From Phoronis australis (Eukaryota; Animalia; Phoronida), in NCBI GenBank assembly GCA_002633005.1, contig NMRA01000332.1:464625-501054 (forward strand): 36,430 nucleotides of DNA, in the 5' to 3' direction. A model generated the notes under the pieces. It was not told the origin of the DNA. It made no database searches and saw only the letters and a list, made by a program, of their open reading frames with translations. Positions 11,856 through 25,900 of the stretch are shown here, piece after piece; position 1 is the stretch's first letter; each line of letters begins with the position of its first letter. Both the position numbers and the translations under genes were made by a program.

Positions 11856-12338
11856 ATAAGGAAAACTACCCGTGCAGGGAAACCTGGACAGTTTCGCAGA
11901 CGCAGAGCTCGGTCAGTGCTAGTGCTTCACTTTTAATACACGGCAATATCTCGTGAAAATTTGCGAGTTCTCGTTTTTCTTGGTTTACGGAGGCAGGGCG
12001 CTCTTATATGAACGACAGAATGAAACTGTGTAACAATAGTGACTTCCGTGTAGGCCTATATATATACAATGAATGCGAATGACGCTACTGCAAGGACAAC
12101 GGGGCCCAATGAGCTATTTTTTAGCGTAATTTCTTGGCCAATAATCAAATCCATGCTATTATATTGGTGGTTTAAGTCATTGAGTAAATTTAAACGTGTT
12201 TCCAAACACAAGAGAACTGAGGTGCTGCTATTTTTTCAGATAAAGAAATCTGTCAGCGAGATGCGGGGTTTAATTGCTTTCTAACACAAAGCCTCAACTG
12301 GACACGATCGCAATTTTCAACTCGCTCGATTTGGAACG

Positions 12339-12572
12339 ATGGCAAGAAGGTCAGAACATATGATCCTGAACGCATCTATGGAGGCAGATGACTCGGCGGG
12401 GGACACTCTTCTCAAAAACGGCAGACGACGATCAACACAAGGAATATTCCTTCCTGGACGTAAACGAACGGCCATTTTTGTGGCCATAGGAGGGACTTGT
12501 CTGATAGTCACCCTTATTTTGTTCGTGATCATAGTTGATCATTTTCGGGATACGTGGATGAAGCACCAATAG
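12339..12572 (+). other. Short ORF with a type II transmembrane-like segment (small gene, exon or pseudogene)
   Basis: RKR followed by TAIFVAIGGTCLIVTLILFVIIV; no recognised homology. Confidence 0.3.
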
Positions 12573-12932
12573 AGATATTATATGATAAAGCTACACGACA
12601 CAATTCCGGGAGGCGAGCAGGGCACTCGAGGAATGATATTAATATTCGGGCATCCCATTGATACATGTATTCCTTCCCTGCAGCCCACAAGTGATGATAA
12701 TTAGGCTAGTTACCTAATTATGGAATTGGTCTCATTTTTGTTCCTTACTCAGATTGCAAATGATTCCTGAAGTAAGAAGAGCCGAGAGCTTGATGTTGCC
12801 TCAGACTAATCTCTTTACCGTTGCTCGTCACGGACAAGCTGTGATACTATTTTGGGAATTCAAAGATTTATATTGTGAGAACACGAGTGACACCTGTGAG
12901 GAAAGTTAGTTTCTGACACCAGAGCATGGTTT

Positions 12933-13338
12933 TGCCAGTTTTCCATAGATAAAGCCCACCGGATGAAACGCCCATGAGCGTTAATTTGGAAAATTATGCC
13001 AAATAAACGCCCATGGGCCTTTAATTGGTGTTACAACTTCTGGTGTCAAGTGTCCGGAAAATAAAAGCTCACTCCCAGTCAACGTTTTGTCACAAATTTA
13101 GCTTTATCGAGCATTTACATATGAAAGCCAACAAGGTGTTGGCGAATTATACATTTATTAAAACATAAAACTTAAAAAGTTTAAGTAAAAAATGTAAGTC
13201 AGTGAACTATGACCTTCCGTTTACATGCCCTCCTATTCCAAATAAGCTCCTGGGTGTTTATTTGGTTTTACTAAAATGCCTGCAAATTTTCATTTTCGGA
13301 ATACATGCCCATGGGCTTATCTAGAGAAAATCCCGGCA
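12933..13338. mobile_element. Degenerate MITE with internal ccaaataaacgcccatgg palindromic repeats
   Basis: ttttccatagataaagccc ... gggcttatctagagaaaa inverted ends. Confidence 0.6.
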
Positions 13339-13539
13339 GCAGTATAATACTGCGACTTGGGTTCTGTTGGAGTATCTGTGACTTTAGAAGTAATTTGACA
13401 ATAAAAAACAGAAGTAAATCAAACTAAACAACGTGTCAGGATATTCAAGATACCAGAATGAAGAACAAAAGACAATTAAAATCAGTTGTGTTATTCTAAT
13501 AATAAATAACGAAATGCATTATAATGCCAGAGATTTCGT

Positions 13540-13545
13540 TTTATT
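13540..13545 (-). terminator. Candidate polyadenylation signal (AATAAA) for DSCC1
   Basis: tttatt on + strand about 280 nt past the stop codon; motif only, in AT-rich DNA. Confidence 0.35.
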
Positions 13546-13823
13546 ACTTATCAATAATTTCGTTGCATGACAATACATATACAGCAATAGAAAAACAACA
13601 GTAGTGTCAATCTCATGAGAAAATTGGTGCAAAATTTTTGTACCGCACTGATTGTGTAGTTTCAGGGTCTGCCAATAGGGATGGCATAACTTCCAGGTAT
13701 TCATGAATCTTTGGGAACACCTACGTTTGTGGAATTAATCCTATATATTTTTTTCCAAGAACATTTCTGGGATTTCAAAATTCAAGATAACAGCACTATA
13801 CAGTATTGCAGTGGTTGGACCTT

Positions 13824-13929
13824 CTAAAGCGGCTTCTTTGAGTTGTAAACCTTAACACCGTTTAGCATAGATGATCTGGCGTACTTCAGTAGCAGGGCAC
13901 CTACATTCTGTTTGTCAGTGGTCAAGTCT
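13824..13929 (-). CDS. DSCC1: DSCC1 exon 11 (terminal, TAG stop)
   Basis: ttacag|A; DLTTDKQNVGALLLKYARSSMLNGVKVYNSKKPL*. Confidence 0.95.
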
Positions 13930-16900
13930 CTGTAAAGATAAGACATACACTGTAACAGCAACAACTACACCATCATCATTATGACAGCACCACCTGGTGA
14001 CAGAAATGTACAGCGCATATACCAAAAGTAAAGTATGTCATGTCATAACACCAAATCCTATACATATAAAATGACAACTCTGAATATAAGTCTGATTGGA
14101 TTTCTGTGTTTGACCAGTGGTTCTGATGGTTCAGTGGCTATATCGTGTGCACAGTTAGCAAAAAGATGCTGGATTCAAGTCCTGGTTCGAGGCAGAAATC
14201 TTTTCACACTTATATTCATTAGGCTACTTGATGTGGCCAACAGATGGCATGCTGACCAAACTTAAAATGTTCCCAAGAATACCCATGTTATCAGGATAGC
14301 ACAAAAAGGTAAAAAATTGTTTTTACAGCGGTCGAAATATGTAATAAAAGCATGAATTACATGCAATAACAAGTAAAATCATAGAACAAATATAAGATGG
14401 TGTGATGTAAAGGGGCAGACGGCAAAAACAGACTCAAGAACAGTAAAAATGGCCACAGGGCGACGTAAAATATGCCGAATCCACTTAAAACTGTAAAGGT
14501 GGTGTCATCTTCCTGACAGATACCTATTTGCCAAATTTCATGAAAATCCACTGAAAAACTCCTAAAGATACTGACTGAGGCAAACGGAAAAAACTAAAAT
14601 TACCACTAGGGGCACACTGGTAGTCAGATTTGTCTGAAAATTAGCTCAAAATGCACACACAGTAATATAAATATGTGGGGCGCGTAAAAAGGTTGCAGCA
14701 GTTAGATTTATTCAAACTCATATGAGTGTTGTCTCTTTAATAGGAATACCACTGATGAACTTTAAGAAGTAGGTCAGCAGAAAAAGTTAGAAGCCATTTT
14801 CTGGTTGCATGAAACAGTCCCAAGGTCCGTAAATATTTTGCACAATTTTTTCGTTCTGTAATCACAGATGAAATACTTTTTTATCATTTTATCTTTATTA
14901 TGAGCTCCTCTTAGACTGATGACATTTTCTAATAATTAATATAATTAATTAAATCAAAATAATTCGGGATTTAGTCCTTAAATTAGGGGTGCTGCATGAA
15001 AAGATCCCTTGCATATTTTCCAGAATATTGAGAATTCAACGTAGATTTCACTCTCGATTTGTATCAAAGCTAAAAATTGACTTATTAGTAATGAGACTAA
15101 TTAACGACCTAAGAGAGGGCAACCATTATTTTCACAAGCCCACAAATACGCAGTAGATTTAGGGAACTTAGTTGAATCCCTATTTGGGACTGTTTCATGC
15201 AATCGGGCACTGAAATTTAGAACTGCCACATGCGTGGAAACCAGCCCTTGGAAACATCCGCATACTGGTGTGACTCATTCTATTTTTGATATAAACGAAC
15301 TGAAGATCATTCAGATGTGAATGCCCGACGGCCACCCAAAATGAAATGATGGCAATAGGCGTCTAATTATGTATAAGCAGTTGTCTAAAATCGACACAAT
15401 AATGCTGTCGCAATACTTACGTGATGTAAGGTGTTATGTCATCAAGTGTCCACTTCTCACGTGTTCGGAAAAGGACGTCAAATCTAGACCAATACAAATA
15501 CATAGTGTAGACTGTGCATCAACTTACTAAAAGGTTATTACCCTACTCTATATCATTAGCTTCATATTGTTTCTGTAAACCTCAATTAGGAAATGAATTT
15601 GAGGCTTGCAAATAAATGACAGTTCATTACTGCTGCATTCCACAAATGCCCAAGATTTTGAGTGACGGCTTAATGACCAAGCAGAACGCAGCATGCTTGA
15701 CACCAAGCTGCCATTTTATTTGACAAATGACACCTTGCAGGGTAAAACTTATTGTTTGTTTGTCGACTTTTTGCAAGGGGGTGGAGCTTGCAATAGGTGA
15801 ATTTTGAAGTTTCTTTTCCACAGTTTTGAAGTTGTTTTTGACACTGGCACATGTTTTTATGGCTTCAAACTAGATAAATCAACTTAACTGACTGTAATCA
15901 TTCTTAAGGTTATGATGTATAGTTAGGGAGCTGAAGAGTAATTAGTTTTGATGACTGCTGACGAGACATTTCATGAAAATATGATCTACACTCTAGGTCT
16001 CTCCACACCGACGTAAGTTGGATGTATTTGATAAACCTATATTGAAATTCATGACTACATCACTGATGTAAGTATAATGTATGCATTTTTAAATGTCCAG
16101 TGTTTGAATAATCTCTGATAACATGCACCATGCACCCACATTCTGGTTGATATGAATTCCTTTCAAGCTTATGAAAGCATCACTCACGAAAATTTTTTTG
16201 ATCATTTATCATTGCTTGTTGATAAGAATTCATCATAAATTATCACCACTGCTGATAAACCTTGTGTGGAAATAATACATCAACCATTTTTTAAATTCAC
16301 ATCCACTTGTATCATATCATACCATCCATATGAATTAAAATTGCTTGACAGTTCAAAGTTCACATTCCATCCAATCAGACATCTGACCCGCTACTACATG
16401 TGAACACTCGTCAGATGCCTAAGCTACCTTATCGTCTGCCCCAAATCAGAAGGCAGATCTGCCTTTGTTACCATGAAAACGTTGCACCCCCATGATGTCA
16501 TGTGCAGTGAGGCTCTGCTGGGTTGCAGTGATCGCACGTCATTCGCCAGAATAATAGCATAATTTATTTTGTTATTAAACGCAAGATGGTAAATAGGACG
16601 CCTTTGAGAATGCTCGTTTTAAGCAAGTGACCCGCTTACTTATCAAATGTCCAAACTGTTTTATTAGGAAAATTGCAAATCCAGATGAAGAAATTGGCGG
16701 ACTATAGGTGGTGAATAATACACAGACACTCACAAAGAAGATATCGTAAGACTGCCCATGTCTACTGAGGACACCTGAAGGCCCTACCTTTCACCTGGAT
16801 CTTCAGGTAGATCCTCAACAGGGAAGTACTTGATCACCTCTGGTCTGCAACTTCTGTCCACTAAAACCATTCCCTTCAAAAGGAAATAGCAAATAAACTG

Positions 16901-19900
16901 CACTGGCGTGAAAGATTAGCGACTCAAGGCTTAACGACAATGCATTAGGCACAAGTCATTTTCAACTCAAAAAACAAATTATAGCGAATTATCTCAAAAA
17001 TGGATGAAAGTTAGTAACTTTTCTTTACTGACCATAGATAAACAAACATAAATGAATCCATGAACTTATGACATAACTTGCAAAAAGGATTTAATATATT
17101 TTTCCTATGAAATTTTCTGTGCATTTCCCAATCACAGAAACTTTCAATTGACATTTTCCGGGTTTGCCTTTAGATTAACGACTGAAGGTTAATAAATGAA
17201 TATGCATGAGGCACACGTCATTTTCAACTCGAAAAAAGACTGCAGTGAGAAAAATAAAATTATAATTGTAAATTTTCACTTTCTAATGACTTCTGGCAAA
17301 CATAAATGAATCCATAAACATACAACACAGCATGCAAAATGAGTTTTTTCTCTATAAAACATTCCATGCATTTCCCAAGCACAGTAACTTCCTTGACATT
17401 TTCCGTGTTTTCCTCGAATGGAAACCATATAAAGTGAAACATGAAGGCAGGGAAGTGGCTGTGCATTTCAACTCATTCGACCAAATGTGCAAATTTAGCA
17501 TGACACTTACCTGTAATTGATTCAGATCAGTCCTCATTCCCATGGGAACGCTCTGTTGCCAGGCATCCAGGAACTCGTGTAAATTGAACTAAAATGAGAA
17601 GTAATTATGTAGTGAACATAAGGCCTGTTGAAATATTCAAATGCAGAGATGGAGAGAAAACCGAGTCATTGTGAGTTTGCCCATCTCTAAAGCTGCCGTA
17701 AAAGAAAACAACTTTTGAATTCAAACCACTTAACACCATATAACTAGCTTCAAGTTGTTTTCTACTGAGAACAATTAAAGTTATTTTTGAACTTAGCAAC
17801 AACTGATGGTTCAATATTGCTTGAAATCATGTCGACCACATAAAATGACCCAAATTGACAAGTCAATGTCTGAGTTGAGTTCCATAGACACAAGAATCTC
17901 TTGAAAGAAGCTAGTGCAATCATGTGCCTCGATTGTAATACACTGCAATATCTCGCAAACTCTTCTGTTATCTTGCAGTTTTGAGAGGTTCTCCCATCTA
18001 TGAAATGCATAACGGTTCTCCAGAAATAACAAAACCGCCAGATTTTCCAAGATTACAAATTGCAATTAATCTGATTTAGGGACAAGCCGAGACTGGTTTT
18101 ATACCAGTTAGTGGTCAAAACCAAAACAATTTTCTTTGCAATGGACGGCAGCGGCTTCATAGCAGCGACCTGCAATAGATGGCACTGTGTAATGAAGAAT
18201 AACAAAAAAATTGTTATTAGGATTCATAATGTGTAAAACTTCCTTTCAAGAATAGTTGTTCGAAGCTTGGAACTGGCAACCCACAACCAGACATGATTCC
18301 CAGAATGCATTACATCATTCCATTAGCTGATATTACATTCCTCTGACAGAAATTACACAAAACACCGTCAGACAAAGCTAATCAATAGTTGCAGTTCAAG
18401 TTTCCTGAGACACTGGCAAATTCACGTAGTAAAGTCAATTAAGACAGCATAATTAGTTCTGGTCTCTTTTGAAAATTGATGCAGTGATGCGGTATTTTTA
18501 GTGGTACAAAGAGAAAGACTGACCCGATGCCAGCCGAGCTGGGTCATGACTCTTTATTGTTCCCCAGTGCCATCTGCTGACAGCTGAACTAGCTTGTGAA
18601 CCTTATTTAATCTTTAAAACAGTAATGTGAAAGTTTCACAATCAACCAGGTGCAAACCAGAACCAATTGTACTATATTTTATCCAGATGGCAATTTACCT
18701 TGTCTGTGTGTTTTAATATTAATTCTGCAAACAGCCGGCAGATTTTTTCTTCATTTAACTTGTAAACCGTGTTCCCCTCCTCATCAGAAGAAGTCCCATA
18801 GCAATCCAACATATGCTTTACTATTGAACTAGAATAACAAGACAAAGAATGGGTCAACGCTTTAAATGACTTAACATCCAAGTCCGTGTCCATTGATACC
18901 GAAGAACAACTTGCCCCCAGTCAACCACACTTCATATCGTCGAGCCTTACAACAAATATGGTGCAAAAACCTTTCGTGTCGAAATGAGCAAGTGCACAGT
19001 TGGTAATTAATCCCTTCTGCAGATTTGCAGGTATAATATAATAGTTGAAGGAAAACAAACTTGCAAGTTTGTTTAAGAACTTAAATTAATTGTCAGAGGT
19101 TTCCAAATCGGTATTTTCAAAAAAGCTAGCAAAAACCTTGACAGAGTCGAGTATTAAACAGTTATAACAGCAAAAATTGTGAAGAAAATCTGAAGACTGA
19201 AAATTAGCAAAGAAATTTAATTAGAATGATTGTTTAAACACTAAACTTTTTGATGAATAAACACAATCGGCTGAAACTAGAGAAGTGAAATAAACATAAA
19301 ATAAGTTATAACATGCATTATTCTTTATTTTCCCAAAGTATAAAACACATAAAATCACTAGCTTTCGAGCCTTTGATGACAGACCTCTAGCCACAGGCTA
19401 CGAAGGCTTGAAAGCTTAATGATTTTTTTGTAAAACAGTAATAAATACTGTTGGAGAATAAAGGAACATTTTCTACGTTATTTTAAAGTTTCTGATCATT
19501 TCTAAGCAACAAAAAAATAACACATTAATTGATTCCCAACACTTAATGTAACAATGTCATATTTGATTTACAGGATTCAGATTTATTTCTAATAAAATTG
19601 ATCAGACAATCAACCCAATACCTCACTTTCTGCCTAATGTTAAAGATAGTGCTTCATCAAAAAATTTCAATAACCTAAGTGAAATGATCAAAGACATTTT
19701 CGGCTACTTTAAGACTTCATGTATACCTTGAAACAATATCCTGCAAGGTGCTAACGCAGTCCACTAGAGGGACACGATTAAACTCCCAGGAGTTCTCCTC
19801 AACAAGTTGCGTCAGGAAACCCAGTACCTTTGTTTCGTAGTCACAATGAAACATCCGCATGTAGCCTGAAACAACAAGAGAACCAGTGAAGTTCCAGTAT

Positions 19901-22900
19901 AATGCTGTTAAGGCCCCGTTCACATGCACTCGTTTGCACCCGGGTGCAAACGTTGATCATGTGAACGGATTGTTCTTCGACTTCCTACACTTTCCTTTCA
20001 ATGGAGGACACTAGTGATTTTTGGGAAATAAATGTCCCATGAAGTGCCATCTATTTAAAAATCCTTGCCATTTTGGTTCATACTTTGGGGTACAGCCCTT
20101 TGCTTTCATTCTTTAATACCGTAATTTAACCCTTATAATTACACTTCATGAATACATGAAACACAATGAATGAAGTTGATTGATTGCTTCAGTGGTTAAA
20201 TTCACCATCACTAACTTAATTCATACAAGTTTTAACTTTTTTGCTTAAGGGCTGTTCCAGTAAAATCCGTGTGGGAGGGGGGGGACGGCAGTAGAAATAA
20301 AAATTCATGGGTGGTGGTCTTCAGAAAAAAACTCAAATTATGGGTGGTCCTTCCTGTAAGAAGTGATGCATTAAAAATGGGTGGTATTTTTGACCTGTTA
20401 ATGTCGATAGGTTGGTTACTTCAGCTGTAAAAACTCCAAAATAAATGCAATTGTCCTAACTTATCCAAATACAAAAAAGCCCATATTGCCTGTGAACAGA
20501 GTGCAATATGTTCACTAAGCCATTAATCAAGTCATGGGCAACTCGATTTGAGCCAACTGTTTGTCTGCAGTCCTATTGAATTGAAAAGTTATGCAACACT
20601 GAACTGGTGTTAACACATATAAGAAAATTGATGATTTTTAAATCAAAAGTATGAGGAGTAAGATAAACAAGTTCCAATACTCACTTGACATAGAAGTATA
20701 GAAGAGTTCGTGGAGACAGTTTGAGATTCATAGATCCTTATAAATGAAAAAATGTTCATTGAAATTATAGACACATGGTGAACAGAGACACCTGGTGGCT
20801 GCCAAAAGTATTGCTCACAGGCTACTTTAGTTTTTGACAATATTGGACAAGACAACTAGTTCTTGTCTGTCAGTCATCTAAGTTCTTAACAGGTCCTCCT
20901 GGAGGCAATTTGTTTGCAAGTGTTGGATTTTATATTTTAACCTATTAAAAATAATTAAAAAATTATGGGTCATGGGTTGGAGAAATAAATGAAAAATACG
21001 GGCGGTGGGTATGAAATAAAAGTGCCTTCCCCCCCCCTCCCATACAGATTTTGCTGGAACAGCCCTAAGCTTGACCTAATTAGCGCTAATTATTCCAAAA
21101 TTATGCCTTAAGCTTGACCTCATTAGCGCTAATTATTCCAAAATGGCGCCAGAGTTTGCATAAATGTATGACATCGCTAGGTTCTTTTCCAAACCAGGGT
21201 ATGCTGAATGAAAACAATACATTCGTAACAGTGTTGAAGGTTGAGAGTGCTCTTCCTTTTCAATGCATGGTGCTGTAGATCAAAAACAATTAAATTCTTC
21301 ATCTACTTAATAGCGCAAAATACAATACAAAAATGTAATTTTACATTTCTCAATGAAATGACATCTGAGAAAGTTCACAGTATCGTTAAATAAAGTTAGT
21401 AATACACAACTGTAGTCAGTTTTTGCGAATTAATGAAAAATAACAGTTTTGACAATATTATCTTTCAGTGAAACACTTGATACTTGCAATGTTTTCAAAC
21501 ATAAAAAGCCAAATAACTGAAGCGTTACATTTCTTAACTTTGGAAATATTAAAGCGGCTATAGACCCACATTTAGTCATAAAAAACTTTTGATTCATACC
21601 ACTTACCATGATTGCAAAATTGGTCTCGACTTTTTGCTTACTAGTCAAATTGCAAGACCATACTCTACAAGTTGGCGTATCATGCCAGTCATTTTAAGCA
21701 CAGAGCACTGTCTCAAGCAACCACGAACCATGAGCCCTTCCCAAGTCCAGAAACACCTGCTCATCTGAGTTTGGAACGGTTTAAGGTCCCGAGTCTGTTG
21801 GTCGCGCTCAAGGATAGTACAACCCAGGAGTGTAAGTGCGGGGTAATGTATCAGGTTGACTGTGCATCTTGTGAACACATCCTACATTGGTGAGTCCGGA
21901 CGACAGCTGAGGACTCGCATCGACGAACACAAAAAAGCTGTAAAAAGTGGCTCTCTACAGTCTGCCATATTGGAGCATGCTCACAGTTTTCACCATTGGA
22001 GTTTGTGAATATTACTGACAGTGAAAATAGGGATATTTCCAGAAAAATCAAAGAAGTGATCTAGATCAAGCGTGGTAATCTCACTATTAACAGAGACGTT
22101 GGTATTGAGTTGCCACATATCTACAATCAGGTACTGACTATGCATATGCCATCTGCATAGGAAATCCGTGTCATTCTGACAAAATCCTCGGCCCATGGTG
22201 GACGAAAGTTAAATGGGTAAGAAACACTTTTGTTTGTGCCTGAGAACATTCACTACAATGTGTCACCAAGCCGACAAATTATTTTCGACAAGTTTAAATC
22301 CCTTTTACAATTGTAAGTGGTCAAAATCAAAAGTTAGTTCCTCCGACGCGTGTTGGGTTTAAAGCAGCTTTGATTATTACTCAATGAAAAAAGCAACAAA
22401 TTAACTACATGACAAAAGATGGGGCTGTTGTGCCAAATACCGTCAATTTCCAAAGCATGAAGTTTCACAAGCTGTGCCTTGATTTCTTCCTCGCTGGCTT
22501 GTACCGAGTCCAAAATCTCTGCTAACGTATACTGAAAAAAATGTTTTTGATGGACAAACATTTAACACCAATTTGTTATCAATATGGGAAACAAAACTTG
22601 AGCCAATAAAAAACCAGCTTAGTAAATTTTGTACGGTAAAAATAAAATCAAAGAGGCAGTGAAATAAAATGCATTTCCAAGACTTCTTTACTTTTCAAAC
22701 AGAAACAAGTATCCAATGATAAATGGTAGGTTGGATATTCATTTCTAAATTTAAACCAATTGATATAGTGTACTTACACCAACCTTGTTCTTAAAATTGC
22801 ATGGTGATATTGTGCCAACATAAATATGCTAGAGATTAGTGTACAAAGTTGAGAAATGTTATTACTTCAACACAACCTCAAAGCAGTTTTAGGAAGTCAT

Positions 22901-25900
22901 TAGTACGGTTGACAATAATTGATATCCAAGCATCAAATTTTAATCAGGTTCTGAGGTCCCTCATCTGACCACAGGTTGGGGTGCCCTTTCAGAAACGAGG
23001 ACATGTACACGAGTCACTGTTTCATAACAATAAAAAACAGATATTTGGGAAAACAATTGTCCTGTGTCAACCACATAATGGGCCATAACATTGTTTATTG
23101 GCAAAACAACAGCATCTTAAAGGGACATTCCTTGATGTGGTAGCCACAATAAATTGGTTCAGCTTGAACACATAAAAGCAGTCAAGTGTCAGAGGGATTG
23201 CTTGAAATGACATTCTACTCACTCCACTAAGCTCATACTTCATTAATTCTGTAAGCCTTAGGGTAATAATCACTTACAGGGATTCCGCATTTTTAAAGAA
23301 CTACTTTTCTCCAGGCATCAAACTGGCTCTCAAGATCAGGAACCCCTGTGACTATTGCCTTTTTTACTGTAAACTGTAAGTCCTCTAATTAAAAAGAAAT
23401 GAACTTGTAAACCAAGTACAAAAATTAGCCTCCCATTCACCCACCATCTTTGGAAAGAAAGAATATTTAAGAATATTTAACCGAGACAGATTCAGCAAGT
23501 TAACGCACTACAAAAGACAGCAGCGTTATAACAACAACTTCTTAACTTACTTTTCTCCCACTATGTTCCTCATCTTCTTCACACTCGTAACCACTGAACA
23601 TGTTCGCTTTTAGCATGTCTTTTAACTTCTTCAACTTTGGCTTGCAAGGTCGTAGTTCGAAATAGTTGTGCAGAACCGCAGTTACCTACGTGAGAACATT
23701 TTACCATAATTTCCGTTTGATCATAGTGAGTGTCTAAATTATGATTAGACTGAGCTCTACGCAAGATGTTAATCAATTAAAAAAATTCATTCAAGTTAAT
23801 GGGCTACTTGACATTCACTAAGTAGAGTTAATGAGGAAAGATATTTGATTTCAGCATGTGAACAGACGGACCACAAAACGCAGTTTACATGGACTTTGGG
23901 CTCTTCAGGAGACAAGAGTACCACATGATTTACAGAGTATGCATCTCAATGACTAGGACCCTTGCCTCACAGAAGCCACCGAAGGAATTTTGAGTTGGTA
24001 GTTAGGCATGAATGTTAGAAATCATAACATGTTTTTGTCGTGATAATAGGTGTGCAACTCAGGACGTTAAAAATTTTTGAGTGCTTGAAAATTCAGAAAT
24101 CGCAGCCCCCTACACATTTCACTAACTTTCCATTAACAGCTCAGACGTAATTACCGTAATTACTAATATCCCACGCACCATGAGCTGATATTCGTCTAAA
24201 TTCAAATCGGTGACAATAGCATGCTAGTTTACAAACCCTAAGATAGCATCACGGCCATTTTACTCATCTATTTTCTAAAATTTTTCACTCACTTCTTTGG
24301 GAGTTATGTTTTGCTCCGTGTTGGTAAATGACTCCGGGAACACGACGTCAGGAACAAGAAGCAAGGAGTTGGACGTTTCTGCTTCCTTTAATTCGTAAGT
24401 TTTGTCACGTGTACACAACACGGCTGCCTCACTCTCATCACCTCTTAGGACCAGTCTGCAAAGAGTCAACCAGAGACTTATAGCAATGACACACAGACTT
24501 AAAAGCATCAGACATATTTACCTCAGGTTCAATCGCGTGTAAATGAAAATTAACATTTTCTAAATTTTGTTTCCTCTCCCACAACCATATTATTTGCAAA
24601 GAATTATTTTCAACCAATTTATATAACCTAAATCTTTAAAGTATTTTTGCAACAAAAATAAGGCAGCATGTCTCAAAAGAAAAGTACAAAAATGAAAGGT
24701 TTTACCTACCAAGTAACTTACCTATCTCAAAGGGGTGAGGCTAGGGGGAGGTGGAACAAAACAATTAAGGACTGCATTAAATTCTATAATTATAATACCG
24801 GTAATCTCATTAGCACACACTGGGAACAGGGGGAGTTGAAAGACTCTTGAAATGCGCAGGCACATTTAGTTACAGATTCCTATTCAGAATTTACTGAGCA
24901 ACTAAACCAAACAGCCTGGCAGCCCGTAAATGATTTACTAACGGACAAAACAATCAGCATCGTGACTGGCTGTTCAGAAGTTTCTAAATCAATCAGCAAA
25001 ATGCCTCTCACAATCATTCATGAGTCTAGTTCTAAAGTCGCCCTTAAGAGGTGCTGGCATGTGAGTGAGTTATAAGCGACTAGCACCTTTCTCCAACTTC
25101 CAGAAGTCTAAAGCAATCAGCATCCAACTCCAGCAATCGAACGTCTTCATCATTCAGTGTTGACGAAAAATGGACGGTTTGAACTGTGGGCTGGAGATCA
25201 CTTCTGTCTATTTTAGCAAAATCTGTGATCTTGTTGATGACTTCCAGAGTCCTGTAATCAAAGAAAAACGGATAAAAATATAATTCAACCTCAACGTGTA
25301 AGGAAAATGTTGATGACAACAAACCAGTCATGTGATGATGGATGAGCATGCGAGTGTGTGGTGCGTGTGTGCATGCGTAGACCTTAATTCAACTCATACC
25401 ACTTGACCTACCCAAGGCTAACACAGCTGTTCAATTAACAGGAACGTCAAGCGAAGAGCAATGCAATTGTTTTAGCGACAAAATGAAGTAATTAAAAAAA
25501 CAATTAACTCAGTTGCGGCTGGGTGTAACAGAAGAATTAAGTGCAATTAGCAATATGCAAAAAACATTGCATGAATTAGCGGCTAGATGCAATGTTAAAA
25601 ATTTATGTATAGCAAAAGTTTAACAACAATGCTGGTGGGTACAGAACACAGAGAAAGTTTCGCTGAACAGAAATTCCAGGACATCACCAGTGATGCTACA
25701 ATCTGACACCAGGTGGTGCACCCCTGCTCCCAAAGATTGAGGGTAGTATTGTGAGTGGCGCACAGCTGAATTGCCTTTCCATATCCCTTGCCAATGGACA
25801 ATTGCCTCTTGACCAATCGGTTTCGATGCTTGCTTTGCATGCAGAAGATCCCGGATTCAGGTATGCCATGGGAGCTTATCTCGATCTTTTTAGAAAATAC

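Noticed and set aside
25804-25872. Functional tRNA-Ala gene
   Set aside because: Acceptor stem and T arm do not pair; better explained as a SINE head or pseudogene
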